DNA of 54,793 bases, the filler included, from Jimgerdemannia flammicorona (Eukaryota): assembly GCA_003990765.1 (NCBI GenBank). It is 2 parts of 2 records of this genome, joined end to end, with 100 filler letters (N's around TTAATTAATTAA, not from the genome) between each part and the next. Parts side by side here need not be neighbours in the genome. Positions count along the whole stretch, not along the records: positions 1 to 27,349 come from RBNJ01000636.1; positions 27,450 to 54,793 come from RBNJ01000637.1. One strand, 5' to 3'. The position numbers were made by a program, and so were the translations under genes. Under the pieces are notes generated by a model, which worked only from the letters and a program-made list of their open reading frames with translations, searched no databases and was not told the DNA's origin. Shown here piece after piece: positions 22,966-34,532 of this stretch. The first letter of the stretch is position 1; every line of letters starts with the position of its first letter.

Positions 22966-25166
22966 GCATCAGAGTGGGTCCTTCAGATCTTGACCTTAAT
23001 TTCTTCTTCATCATCACTATCCTCCAGGAGGGCTGGTGGTTCATCATCTTCCTCCTTCTTCTCTTCTCTGACCTGTTTTTCGAGAGCTTTTTATCTTCTT
23101 TTCTGGTGGATTTTCTTGATTCTGATGGTGCACTGGTAGCAATCATTGACATACTCCATACAGTACATCTTGATCCCATAAGAACAGACTTCTTGTGGTA
23201 TATAGCCTTCTGTGATCTTCTTACACCATTCTTCTTTACTCATCTATCCAACTTTCTTCTTCAGAGTAGTCACCATATAAGCTTCCTCTTGCTCACTCTC
23301 TTCTTCCTCTATATCAGACAAGACTCCTTTGTTGACATTGATGGGAATTTATATCTTCTGTTCCTGGTAGGTGATTTGCATCTTCTGGGCATTGAGATCA
23401 ATTACTGCCCTGGCTTTGTAAAGCCATTGATTGCTGATAAGGATGTTATAGTTAGTGGTATTGGTTATGATTACATCTACTGGGATGGTTGCTCCTCCAA
23501 TCTTTATGGGGACTTCTCAGATCTTTCCCAGAGGGGTGGCTCTTGTGCTATCTGCTATAACAAAAACCAACTTAGTTGCTTCTTCAACTTCCCAGCCTAG
23601 ATGGTCTGCTGCTTTCTTGCTGAGGAGATATCCTCCTGCTCCAGTATCGATGATAGCTTCAAAGACTCTATCTTCGATTTGGCATGTTGCATAGGCAGAG
23701 GTTTTGCAATTGTCTTCACTTTCTCCTCCTGAGTCCTCTTGAACATTATTGGCCTCGGTTATCTTCCATCCTTGCTTCTTGGTTATTTTGGCAAGTCCAA
23801 ACCTCATTTGTTGTCTGAATGTTGGGATTTCTGTGAGCTGACCAAAGGTTACATTGACCTTTTGTTGGCTAAGGTCCTTGAAGATATCATACTTGAAAGT
23901 CTTAGTCTTGTAAAGTTTCTTTTTTTTTTCTCCTTCACTGGCTGGAGTAGTTTCTCAGATAATATCTTGAACTGCTTGCTCTAGCTCCATATCTTGGTCC
24001 ATCTCTTCAGCTTGGCTTTTGGTGGCCATTTCTATCTACTTTTCTACTGGGTTCTTCTTGGATCTTCCTGGTGATCTCTTGTAGAGTTCCTTGTGAACAT
24101 CCTTCTTGGTAGTCTGAGCAGAATAGGCCTCCCATTCTTCTTCATCAGAATCTCCAATTTCCTTGAAGATAATTGTATTGGCCTACTCCTTGTTTCATAT
24201 AGCATTGCTTGATTGAGCCTTGTGCTTGGTTTCACTCATGCATTCATAAGAATAGTGGCCCTCTTCTCTGCAGATGTAGCAGGTACCTTTCTTCTTGTCC
24301 AAGGTGGCAACAAACTTCTGAACTAGGTGGCAATTTCTTCCTTGGATTTCTTTTACCACATCTCTCAGGTCAGTAGTCATTTCAGTAAACCTCTTGGCAA
24401 GTTCCTCCATAGGGTCACTGTTCTTTTGCTGCTCTGTAGTTTTTGGCTGAGGTGTGTTTTAATTGATCATTGTAGTAGAGATCACACTTGTTGTCTTGAG
24501 TGTTTCGATTCTGACTCCTGTGACTCTTTCCATTGTATGGTCTTGTGGATATCTGTCTGTCCAATATTGCTGAGCATAATTGACCTTCTGTGGCAGATCC
24601 AAGACTACTGGTAATGAATGGATGGCCATGGCTATCTCTGGGTGAACTCCTTTCATGAAGGTTGCTTCAGCTACTTGATCTTGGATAGCAGTAGTATAAT
24701 CCATGAGGATTATCTGATATCGAATTCTGGTATAGAATGTGTTTGGATCCTCACTCATTCCTTGGCATGTTGTGTTGAGCTGATCCTTCAGGGCTTACTT
24801 GATCTCATCTGTATAATATGTATTTTGGAGCCAGGTCTTCTGTACTGTCAGTATAGCATCGGCATCATTTCCTACATGGGTTGCAGCTGTGAATGCTACT
24901 CTGGCAGGACCTCATAGGCTGAAGAGCATGAGGGCTACTTGCTGTACTACTGTCAGGGTCCTTACAGTTGTGTACTGCTCAAAATCATCAATGAAGGTAA
25001 TGATTGGTTTATCTGAGATATACCCATGGAATACTGGTGATCTCATATCCATTTTGTCTGAGTATTGTGGCTCAGTTTGTGTAGTTGCTCAGGTAGTGGC
25101 AGTTGTTTGTTGTTCAGCTTGAAAGTGAGAGATTCATCTTAAATCATCAGCCAATGGGCACCAAGT

Positions 25167-25634
25167 TGTAATGTAGTGAATACTTACTCTTGAAAGTATG
25201 TCAGATTTCTGTATCTTGAATACTTGATCTTCTCTGACTCCTCAGAGTCCTTGGAATGTAGGGGTGGATGAGTTCAAAGTATATCTGCCTGTGGGCTTAC
25301 TAGTTCCTTTGTTATCTCTTTGCTTTTGAACTATTTTGATCTGAGGTTTATTCACTCTAAGATACTGGGTTATTTATACAAGTTTTGCTAACTATAAGGT
25401 AGCTAAGTAATGGCTCATTTTGCAAGTTTTGAATCTTTTAACATCTGCTAAGATTTCACTGATTGTGAAGATTCTAACATCTCCTAAATCTTTGCAAACA
25501 TTAAATTTTCTACACTTTGTAGAATATGGCTGCTATTTTTATGAGGCTAAGCTATATTGGGAATCAGATTCAGGTACTGCGATCAAATGTCTAATTCCCC
25601 TGTTTCATGTTACTAATTTGGATCAGCCATTATA
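25167..25634 (-). repeat. G2 5' LTR with primer-binding site
   Basis: Copy of 18918-19385; minus-strand TGGTGCCCATTGG starts 3 nt inside the LTR boundary (25151-25163). Confidence 0.93.
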
Positions 25635-26400
25635 ATATATATATATTCCTTTTATCTAGCTTTTGAAAGAGGCGGGTGTACTGCTCATTTCAGCTTTTTG
25701 AAAGGGAGAGGAAATGATGCCTTAACTAAGATATATTTCTTTTATCTAGCTTTTCAAAAGGAGAGAATGTGCTACAAGGGGGAGGATTTGAAATGGTACC
25801 TTAACTAAGATATATAATTATATACTTTTTTCTTTTATCCAGCTTTTTGAAAGAGGGGAGAGGGTGTGTGCTTGCCTCATCTTGCTGCTTATTTCAGCTT
25901 TTTGAAAGAGAGAGGGTTTGAAATGGCACCTTAACTAAGGTATATATATATATTCCTTTTATCCAGCTTTTTGAAAGAAGAGTATATACTGCTCATTTTA
26001 GCTTTTCAAAAGAGAGGGTTTGAAATGGCACCTTAAATAAGATAAATATATATTCCTTTTATCTAGCTTTTTGAAGAAGAGAGAATGCACACTTGCCTCA
26101 TCTTGCTACTCATTCCAGCTTTTCAAAAGGGGGGGGGTTTGAAATAGTGCCTTAACTAAGGTATATATATATATTCCTTTTATCCAGCTTTTTGAAAGAG
26201 GAGGGTACTCAGCTTTTCAGGTTTGAAATAGTGCCTTAACTAAGATATATGTATATATATTTCTTTTATCCAGCTTTTTAAAAGAGCTTTTTGAAGGAAA
26301 GTGTGTACTGCTCATTTCAGCTTTTTAAAAAAAGAAGGGTTCAAAATGATACCTTAACTAAGGTATATACTTTTTCCTTTTATCTAGCTTTTCAAAAGAG
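25635..26400. repeat. Minisatellite, right part
   Basis: Seven more copies of the CCTTAACTAAG(G/A)TATAT core. Confidence 0.9.
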
Positions 26401-26529
26401 AAATATATTGATGACTCTTCTCTTTCTTTTAATATGATCACTGATTGGCCTCAAGTAATTACAATAGAACAACTCTAATAACTATCAGTTTCTATATTTT
26501 ACACTTTATCAGTAAACTCAGTAAATAAC

Positions 26530-27323
26530 AACCAAGAATGAAGATACACCTCCACTGTGCTCCCCCCCACCATCTCCTCTTCCAACTTTATCAATAGCTC
26601 CTTCTGAATTTGCCTCTCTTGTGCCCACTCCTAGGACACCCAATCTAGCTGCACTCTCTTGTTATTGACAATCTCTACCACTATCTTGGCCTCATACTTC
26701 TTCCAGACCAATCTCCTCCTCTCTACCACTCCAGCCAGATCTTCTGATACCTCTAGCAAGTTCTCTTCCTCTTCCAGCATCCTCTTCACCCATGATACCT
26801 TGTACTCCACAGAACCCCACTTTAGAACTGCTGGTCAGTCCCTCACCTTCTCTATATTCTTCTTGCCTACCAGCTATGTATACTCTGATATCTACATCAC
26901 CAGTTCTGAACTCAGTGCCCTCTCAGACCCTAAACCCAATATCAACAATCTCTCTATACTCCTTGATGGCCTCTACAATCAATCCCCTGGCCATCTTCTT
27001 TGATATATTTAATGTATCCAGTACTGTCAACTGTACCATATAAGGATTCCAGTGCAAGCACTATGCCATAGAGATTGTCACCCCCCTCCCACTACTACTC
27101 CCTTCTCTATTGCCTCCAACATCACCTCTTCTTACTCAAATCCAATCTTCACTCCTTTCCATCTCTTCAAAAACTTCACCAAGGTAGCCTCCTTTACCTC
27201 CTAAGCCAGAAGCTCTAGAATCATTCTCACTGTAACCACTAAGTCTCAGAAGTATAACATAATGGTGAATTCAGACCTTGATTTCTTGAGTAACAGAGCT
27301 ATCACCAGTCCTATTATACCATC
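26530..27323 (-). pseudogene. LINE ORF1 fragment from a divergent L1/Tx1 family
   Basis: Minus strand VKIGFE-EEVMLEAIEKGVVV...CLHWNP...EIVDIGFRV-EGTEFRTG aligns with VEIGFVVEEEMVKALEKGLVI...CLRWDP...EMVDFGFMFWERTKLRNG of the ORF1 at 32676. Confidence 0.8.
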
Positions 27324-27349
27324 TTTTTTTATTTTTTTTATTTTTTTTT

Positions 27350-27449
27350 NNNNNNNNNNNNNNNNNNNNNNNNNNNNNNNNNNNNNNNNNNNNTTAATTA
27401 ATTAANNNNNNNNNNNNNNNNNNNNNNNNNNNNNNNNNNNNNNNNNNNN
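27350..27449. other. Assembly gap with artificial TTAATTAATTAA linker
   Basis: 44 N + TTAATTAATTAA + 44 N, flanked by poly(T) and poly(A) contig ends. Confidence 0.97.
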
Positions 27450-27518
<69 letters not shown>

Positions 27519-27521
<3 letters not shown>

Positions 27522-27709
27522 ATAGTAAATCTATAATTATCTAGATAGCAACCAGATAGCAACTATAATATATAAAATACCCCAGAGACTAGAGTGAATA
27601 AACCTCAGTCTGAATTGAAGTACAAATCAAAGAAGCCTCTAAAGATTGAGTATTGGTCTCCTTATCTCCACTCCAGTCTACTTTCTGATATAAAGAAGAG
27701 TCTGTTACA
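27519..27709 (+). repeat. G3 5' LTR (3' half only), followed by PBS-like TTTTTGGTTCA
   Basis: Matches 48461-48652, ends TTACA, and is preceded by a ~69-nt poly(A), probably the tail of an inserted LINE. Confidence 0.85.
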
Positions 27710-30700
27710 TTTTTGGTTCATTTGCCAGATAAGTCTGAAGATTTGCTGCCAAGTTTAAGGAAGAACTTTGCCACATTTTGAAAAGAAACCCACCACTTAA
27801 GGAATAAGCTACTAAATTTTGATTCACTTGCCAGATAAGCCTGAAGTCTGTCATTTTTAAGTTATTTACTATATTCTAGAGAGCCTGCCATTCTTGCCAC
27901 AAAGCCAGTCTATTGATGCAACTTCATAGTGACTTATCATGCAAATGAAGTCAGTCTTGATGTAATTTTGCCAAGAGAAGAGAATCTATATTATCTACCA
28001 CTTTCAAGTTATCTGCATTCTCAGAGAACTACTAATCTGGGAAGAATCCATAACATCCAAGTTATCTGAGTTATTTGAGTTATCTGTAACCTCCAAGTTA
28101 TTCATCCATTCCCAGTAAGAAGAATCTGTCACCAGGCTGATTTCCAATAAGCTAATTTAGATGAATCTGTACTATCCAGCATTCCCAGAAGAACTGCCAA
28201 GTTATTCCCAGTGAGCCCAATTTAGAAGAATCTACACTACCTTTATTCCTAGTAAACTACTATTTCAGGAGAACTCACATCCAAATCAAGTTATCTGCCA
28301 AATTGTGAAAATAGCATATATAAGGAATCTGCTTATACTATACAAAGATCATTATGTCAGAAATTGTATCCTTTTGGAGATTGCTGTTACTCAAGAAGGA
28401 AAACCACAAAATTGTCAGACCATTATGCATAAAGAATGCCTATACCATATATACAAAATTACTACTATACTCAGAGAATCTGTCTCAAAAAGGAAATTGA
28501 CACACAGATTACTCACAGATATTCAGCTTTAACTATTATACCACTAAATATCAAGAATATTTTATTACTTATAATAAAGTAACTAGGGGCTCAAGCCAAA
28601 CTATACCAACCCCCAATCTTGTAATTTACCTCTATTGAGCTGAGCATATTATATTTGAGGGCTTAACTGGAAATATTTCAAATCAATATAACTTTTCAGC
28701 TTACAAGAACCCACAGTTAAACTGGATACAATACTAATTTCTGCCACCACAGGAGAGCCAGTTATTACTAATATCCGGATAGGAAGAGAAGTAATTATCT
28801 CAAGACTTGCCAACTATCTAGTATCAGAAGGATCTCAATCAGAACTAGAAGTCAGTATAGCCCAAAATCTCCAACCAGATCAACCAGACAACATAGGCAG
28901 TCCTGTTGGATAATTTGAAGAACTTGTATAAGAACTAGAAGATCTCATTATATAAGTCTGGCACCCAGTAGCCAGATACTTCAGAGAAGTTCTACCAGTC
29001 TCACCTATTGAACCTTTACTACCAGCTCTCTTGCAGAATTGGAAGAAGCTCTCTCAAAAATATCTAGGCTCACTCCACTTCATCTAAGATCCAGAACACC
29101 ATCCTTAAAATACCCAAGTACCCCTATCTCCAGTGATAGTTCAGAAAGTAAATCAGAGTCAGAATATGAATCAGAGTCTAGACCAAAATCAGAGTCAGAA
29201 GGAAGTGATAACAAAATAACCACCTCATTACCAACCTTTGCAGGATATCTAGAGGAAGACCCTAGAGAATTCCTTAATTGAATTGAAGGAATTACAGCCC
29301 TGAGGAATCTCTCAGATGAAAGAAAAATCACTAGCTATAAGGCCCAGCTCAGAGAACCAGCCAGAGGAATTTTCCACCAAATAATAAATAACCAATACTC
29401 AGAACTAGTAGTACAAATATAAGTAGCAGCATCCTATAATCTGGAATACATAGCCATGATCCACTGGCTCATTGAAAAATATGCAGGAAATGAAACCCAC
29501 TATAAGGATCAAGAATCCATTATGGGGATGAAGATAAATCTTGAAGAATCACTCAGAGCCTTCTTTATAAGAATCCAGAAAAGAATACATATAGCTGGAT
29601 TCAATACCACCAACCAAGACATCATAGGTCCAATGACTTTCATAAATGGGATTCCTCCAAACATTGCCCAGCATATCTGTACTCTAGATATCAGAAGGTC
29701 TGAAGAGCAAGTAGATGCAGCCCAAGGATTCTTTGATATCAGACAAGGAATTATCTGGAGTGACCATGATAAGAAGGATGATAAAGAAGACATCCTAGTC
29801 AAAGCCCTATAAGGACTCCTTCAGAATAAGAGAGATCTGAAGAAAGAAGACCAGTTAAAGAAGGAAAGAAGAACAGGAGTGAAATCCAAGACCTCAGTTC
29901 CCAGTTGGACTGATTAGTTGAATAGATTGAAAAACTCACCACATGTAAAAATTGAAGTTATCAATACAACAGAGGATATCCACCTCAGAGGAGCCAAGGT
30001 TATCCATCAAGAGATAACAAGAACTACCAGTAAGAGGAAAGAAGATACCCTGTCTGAGACAGAGCCCAAGTCCAATAATTCCACTATAGATAATTTGGAT
30101 ATTATACCACTGAATGTGATAACAAAAGAAGTGACTAAAGGGACTCAGAACCACAAAACCAAAGGAATGACACTCAGTACAAGAATACTGAAGCCCACTC
30201 TGTTGAAGATTTTGAAGAAGTAAGTAACAGTGAAGACTACAGTGATCTAGACTTATATGTTGCTAAGATTATCACTCAAAGAATAGTCTACCCAGTAGAG
30301 AAAAGGAAGAGACCTGTAGGAAGGCCATCCAGGAATATTAGTAGAAGAATTATTCAAGAAGAAGATGAAGAACATAAAGAAGAACAAGTAGAAACACCTC
30401 CCCAGACCCCCTCACCTTTTACTTCTGAGACATATAAGTTGCAATCAGAGGATGAAGAAATGGAGCAAAAAGAATGAGAACCTATAATCCTAAAGCCCAA
30501 AAAGAAGGGCACCCCAAAGACTATGCCTAGAGACATCTACAATGAAGCCTGGCAGAAGATTCAGGATGTTAAGATAGAAGTCCCTCTCCTGTAGTTTCTG
30601 CAACTAATACTAGCTAGAGTCTAGAACAAATTACTGAGGACCACTAGGTCTAGCACTGGCCAGGTCCTCATTCCACAGTAAGAGCTAGCTCCCATACCTA

Positions 30701-32675
30701 TCCAGGCTGCAGAAAGACATGTTAGCATCTACTTATATGAAGATATTGGAGGACAAAAGGCAAAAATCCTCATAGATATAGAAGTAGCTATCTATGCTAT
30801 TACCAAACGATTCCTAGATACCCTCTAATGGCCCATTGATGGACCATTTAACCTCAGCATCATAGTAGCAGATGGAGCCCAAACTCAACCCCTTGGAGAA
30901 GTACAAAACATCACTATCTCCCTTAGACACATCCAGTTCTCTATCTCAAAAGTTGTTGTCACTAAAGCTGTCACCTATAACATGATCCTTGGTACCAACT
31001 GGATGAAAGAAATGAATGCAGTTGTTGATATTAGTCAACAAGTACTCAAGTTTAACTACTAAGGTAAGAAGTACAGAGTTAAGATAACTAGCTACAAGCA
31101 ATTGAAGAAGAAGAAGGTCACTATTCAGAAGGAATATACCAGTAGCAAAGAATCTACTACAGAAGAAGAGGAAGAATCCAAAAATGAAAATGATCCCAGA
31201 CTCAATCCCTGGATCAATCTAGTGGATGACAGGCCAGAGGACAATGTGTGGGCCAAGAACACTGTTCCCATTACTATTGGAGTTATTGCAGGAGAAATCA
31301 AAAGATGCCCCACCTGCCTCAAGAGATACAAGTGCCCCAAGCACTCCTCCAAGATCATTGGGACAAGGAATTTATCTGGCACAGCCTGCAGAAAGAAGAA
31401 GAAGAAATGCAGACATGTTCCAGAAATACCTGCAGTCAAAGCTGTAAAAGTACAAGCAATCTGGGGTCAAGAATCATCTGAAGAAGAAGAAATCCCTGAA
31501 CAAGAGGTTCTCAAACAAGAAGTATCTGAAGAAGAAGAGGTTCCTGAACTCATTCCCTGAGATGACTCTTGCTGGACACCATCTGAAGATAATGATCCTT
31601 GGAATAAAGAAGAAGGACCCAGTATAATCCCCATTAATCCCAAGAAAGATACTCATCAAGAAAGGGCTTTTCAGCTAGGAAGATGTCCACACCAAATGGT
31701 CTTCCACTCACCCTAAGACTACTGCTATCAGTGCCATCTACTAGACTAGTAAGAAAGACAGAGACCCCAAAGACCAGAACCCCCAACTATAGTTGTACAG
31801 TCAACTACCTTCCAAGAAGTTACCACCAAGTTGCAAAGTTGATTTAGAAGGACAAGGTCTCTTCATCTGAACAGAAGTATACCCCTTATCTTCTTTTTCC
31901 CCAACTTATGACCAATAAGAGATCAATAACTGGAGACAGCATTTTCGAGCAATGGGATATTGTAACCATGGAAGACACCCAGACTGCTGAGACTGCAGAT
32001 ATCAGAAGATTCACTTCAGTTATAATGTTGTGATCTATACCTTGAAGAGAGGAGATAACAGAGGTGAGATCTGAAAAAGTCAGACCAAAAAGCCAGGAAG
32101 AAGAACCCTTAAGATCTATAATTTAGGAGAAGATATCCTAGCTCTTATTAGACATGCCACCTGCCAAGGATGGATAGAAGATGTCACCAACTTTATAGAA
32201 GCCCTAGACTCTACAAGAAGAAGGAAAATCAACTACCCCCAAGACCCCTCTATAGGAGCCAGATGGCCACACCTCAACCTCAGAGCCTAGAGGCTCTCTA
32301 TTAGTAGAGCTTTAACCCATTGATAGCCCAAACTCAGCAAGGATATTGCCCAGTATACCCTGCTACATCCCAAGGCCAAACCCCTGACCAAAGTCCACCC
32401 AGAAGATATAGAATATGATCTTCACAGTCTGGAGGATAAATCCATCAAATCTGGAAAAACATTCATGATCAGAACTGGACTAGCCATGCAGCTACTCTAA
32501 GGAACATAACCTTTTGCTCAATTCATTCAGAGCAAGCTAAGCCACATGGACATCTTTTCGTGATAAGCAATACATTTTCAAGTTTTCCCATCATCTATTC
32601 TAGTGTACAAGGTGCAGCAGGAGTCTAGCTATAGTATACAACAAGTCTCATCTGTTTTGGTGGAGTTTTCATTGG

Positions 32676-34520
32676 ATGGTGACCCAGGGTTCATCAAGCT
32701 CTGAGCATTTGGAGAGAAGGAGGCCTGGTCTGGTTCTCCCTAAGAGTTTTGCAGTGACAGTTGGAGCTGGTGTAGGGGCAAGAGGAGTAGGTGGTCAGGG
32801 GAGACAGGTGAGTATTGAGAGTTGGCATACAGTGATGGGGGGCAGGAGGGCAGCTACTAGGCCCATGGGGGTAGGGCAGGGGGGATGTAGTATTGACAGG
32901 GGTGGGAGTCAGGTGACTGGCCAGGTGACTGGTCAGGTGACAGGTCAGGTGCCTGCTAGGGGCCAGGGGTCTGGAAGTGGTGTGGCTGGGACTGGTATTC
33001 CTGGGGCTGGGCTGGTGGCTGGGGTGACTGCTGGAGTATTGGAGAACAGGAAGAAGGCGATGATGGAAGCAGGTTCCAGCGAACTGGTGGTGCATCTCTT
33101 CTTCCACAAGTCGGTGTCGACGTGGGCCATTTCAGCAAATTTTCTGGGACTGGAGATGTCTACTAGGGAGGTCTTATGGCTAGTGGGAGAGGAGATTGCA
33201 GGAGCAGAGTCACTGAAGTTCATCCCATTAGCTGAGGCAGTTGAGATAGGATTTGTTGTGGAGGAGGAGATGGTGAAGGCCTTGGAGAAAGGGCTGGTCA
33301 TCAAGAGCATCAAGATTGGTATGGTGAGGTGCCTGAGATGGGACCCGCAGGCAGTATGACTGGTGATTGAAGGGCTGCCAACATTGGAGAGACAGGAGAC
33401 CAAAGGAATGGTGGCAGAGGTACTGGGGGCATTTGGCGAGATGGTAGATTTTGGATTCATGTTCTGGGAGAGGACCAAGCTGAGAAATGGCAATTGCAAG
33501 GTGATGGTGAGGCTGGAAGGCAAGGAGGACACAGGGCAAGGGAGGGATTGGCCAGAAGTAATTCATATTGGAGGGCAGGAGTGCAAAGTATGGAGATGGA
33601 AGGGTTCTGAATAGGAGAAGGAGGAATTGCTAGTCACCCTAGAGGAGAGAGAGGCTGCGAAGGAACTGCAGAAGCGGAGATGGGAGGAGTTTGCCAAAGA
33701 CTGGATCTGGATCCCAACAGATGGGAGAAGGAAGAGGTGGCAAAGAGCAAACTGGGAGCACCTGCAGACAGTCCTCCAGGGCTCAGAGAGGGAGGAAAAG
33801 GAAAGAGCAGAGGTGGCCAAAAATCAGATGGAAGAGGTGGAGATGGCTGAGGTGTCCTTTTCGCAACTAGGGGGTGTGGAGAACTCCACTCATATATTGG
33901 TAAAGGGGAAGTGGGCTGATAAGGAGGAGGTGACTACTGGGGGCTTTGAGGAGATTATCGAAGTAGTACTAGAGATCCAGTTAGAGGATGTTCACATGGT
34001 GGGAGCAGCAAATATTCATTGGGAGTGCCCAGAAGCAGGCAAAGTGGTTCGGCTGGAGAAAGGCACTAAGGAGGATGACTTAGTGGATGTGGCTTCTGAT
34101 GTGTCAGCAGATAGAGAGATGCTGCAGGAGCTGAGTAGGACCCCAAGGCCAGCCACTCCTGGGCCCATGGTGATGACAGCAGATGACTGGTATCAGGTAG
34201 TGCTCAAGGAACTTGCGGAGGAGGATATCAAGGAAGTGGATATATTCAATGGATTGCAGGAGGCCTGGGAAGGGTTCCTCAATATGGTATTGTAGGGGCC
34301 GAAGTTGGTGACAGTGATGGTGGCAGCGCTTCTAGATGATGAAGGATATGAGGTAGATGAGGACCATATGGCTGATATCAGAAAGGTAGCATCAGAGCGA
34401 GTGGATGCCTTCTGCAGTGGTGTGAATGGAGCCTATATCTGGAGTGCTATCTGCAAGGAACAGAAGGCAATAATCTGCAGTAGGGCTGAAAAGATGGTGG
34501 CGACTCCAGCTGAGCTTTAA
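32676..34520 (+). pseudogene. LINE B1 ORF1 (~614 aa, internal stops)
   Basis: Four ORF pieces in one frame from ATG 32676 to TAA 34520; conserved in B2 and B3. Confidence 0.88.
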
Positions 34521-34532
34521 ACATTTATATCC

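Larger units (their letters stand above)
18918..25634 (-). mobile_element. Full-length Ty3/gypsy element G2 (6.7 kb): LTR-gag-PR-dUTPase-RT-RNaseH-IN-ORF3-LTR
   Basis: Paired ~468-bp LTRs; CCHC knuckle CYICREEGHYSYEC; protease IIDTGA; RT PRLCVDYRKLN, LDLYSGFHQ, MPFGMCNAP, YVNDII; integrase GNRQAERTNKTLK; ATAT(AT) on both flanks. Confidence 0.97.
18285..26529. mobile_element. Non-autonomous hAT-like element with internal minisatellite, split by G2; right end missing
   Basis: Starts TAGGGCT followed by short ATCAGTT subterminal repeats; array units on both sides of G2; no matching right TIR seen, so the superfamily call is tentative. Confidence 0.55.

Noticed and set aside
18505..26400. CRISPR-like repeat array
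   Set aside because: Sequences between the cores are themselves repeated and variable in length; eukaryotic context, no cas genes.
27394..27405. TTAATTAATTAA palindrome
   Set aside because: Centred in a 100-nt N gap and encodes stops in all six frames: an artificial scaffold linker. Adjacency across the gap is also unverified.
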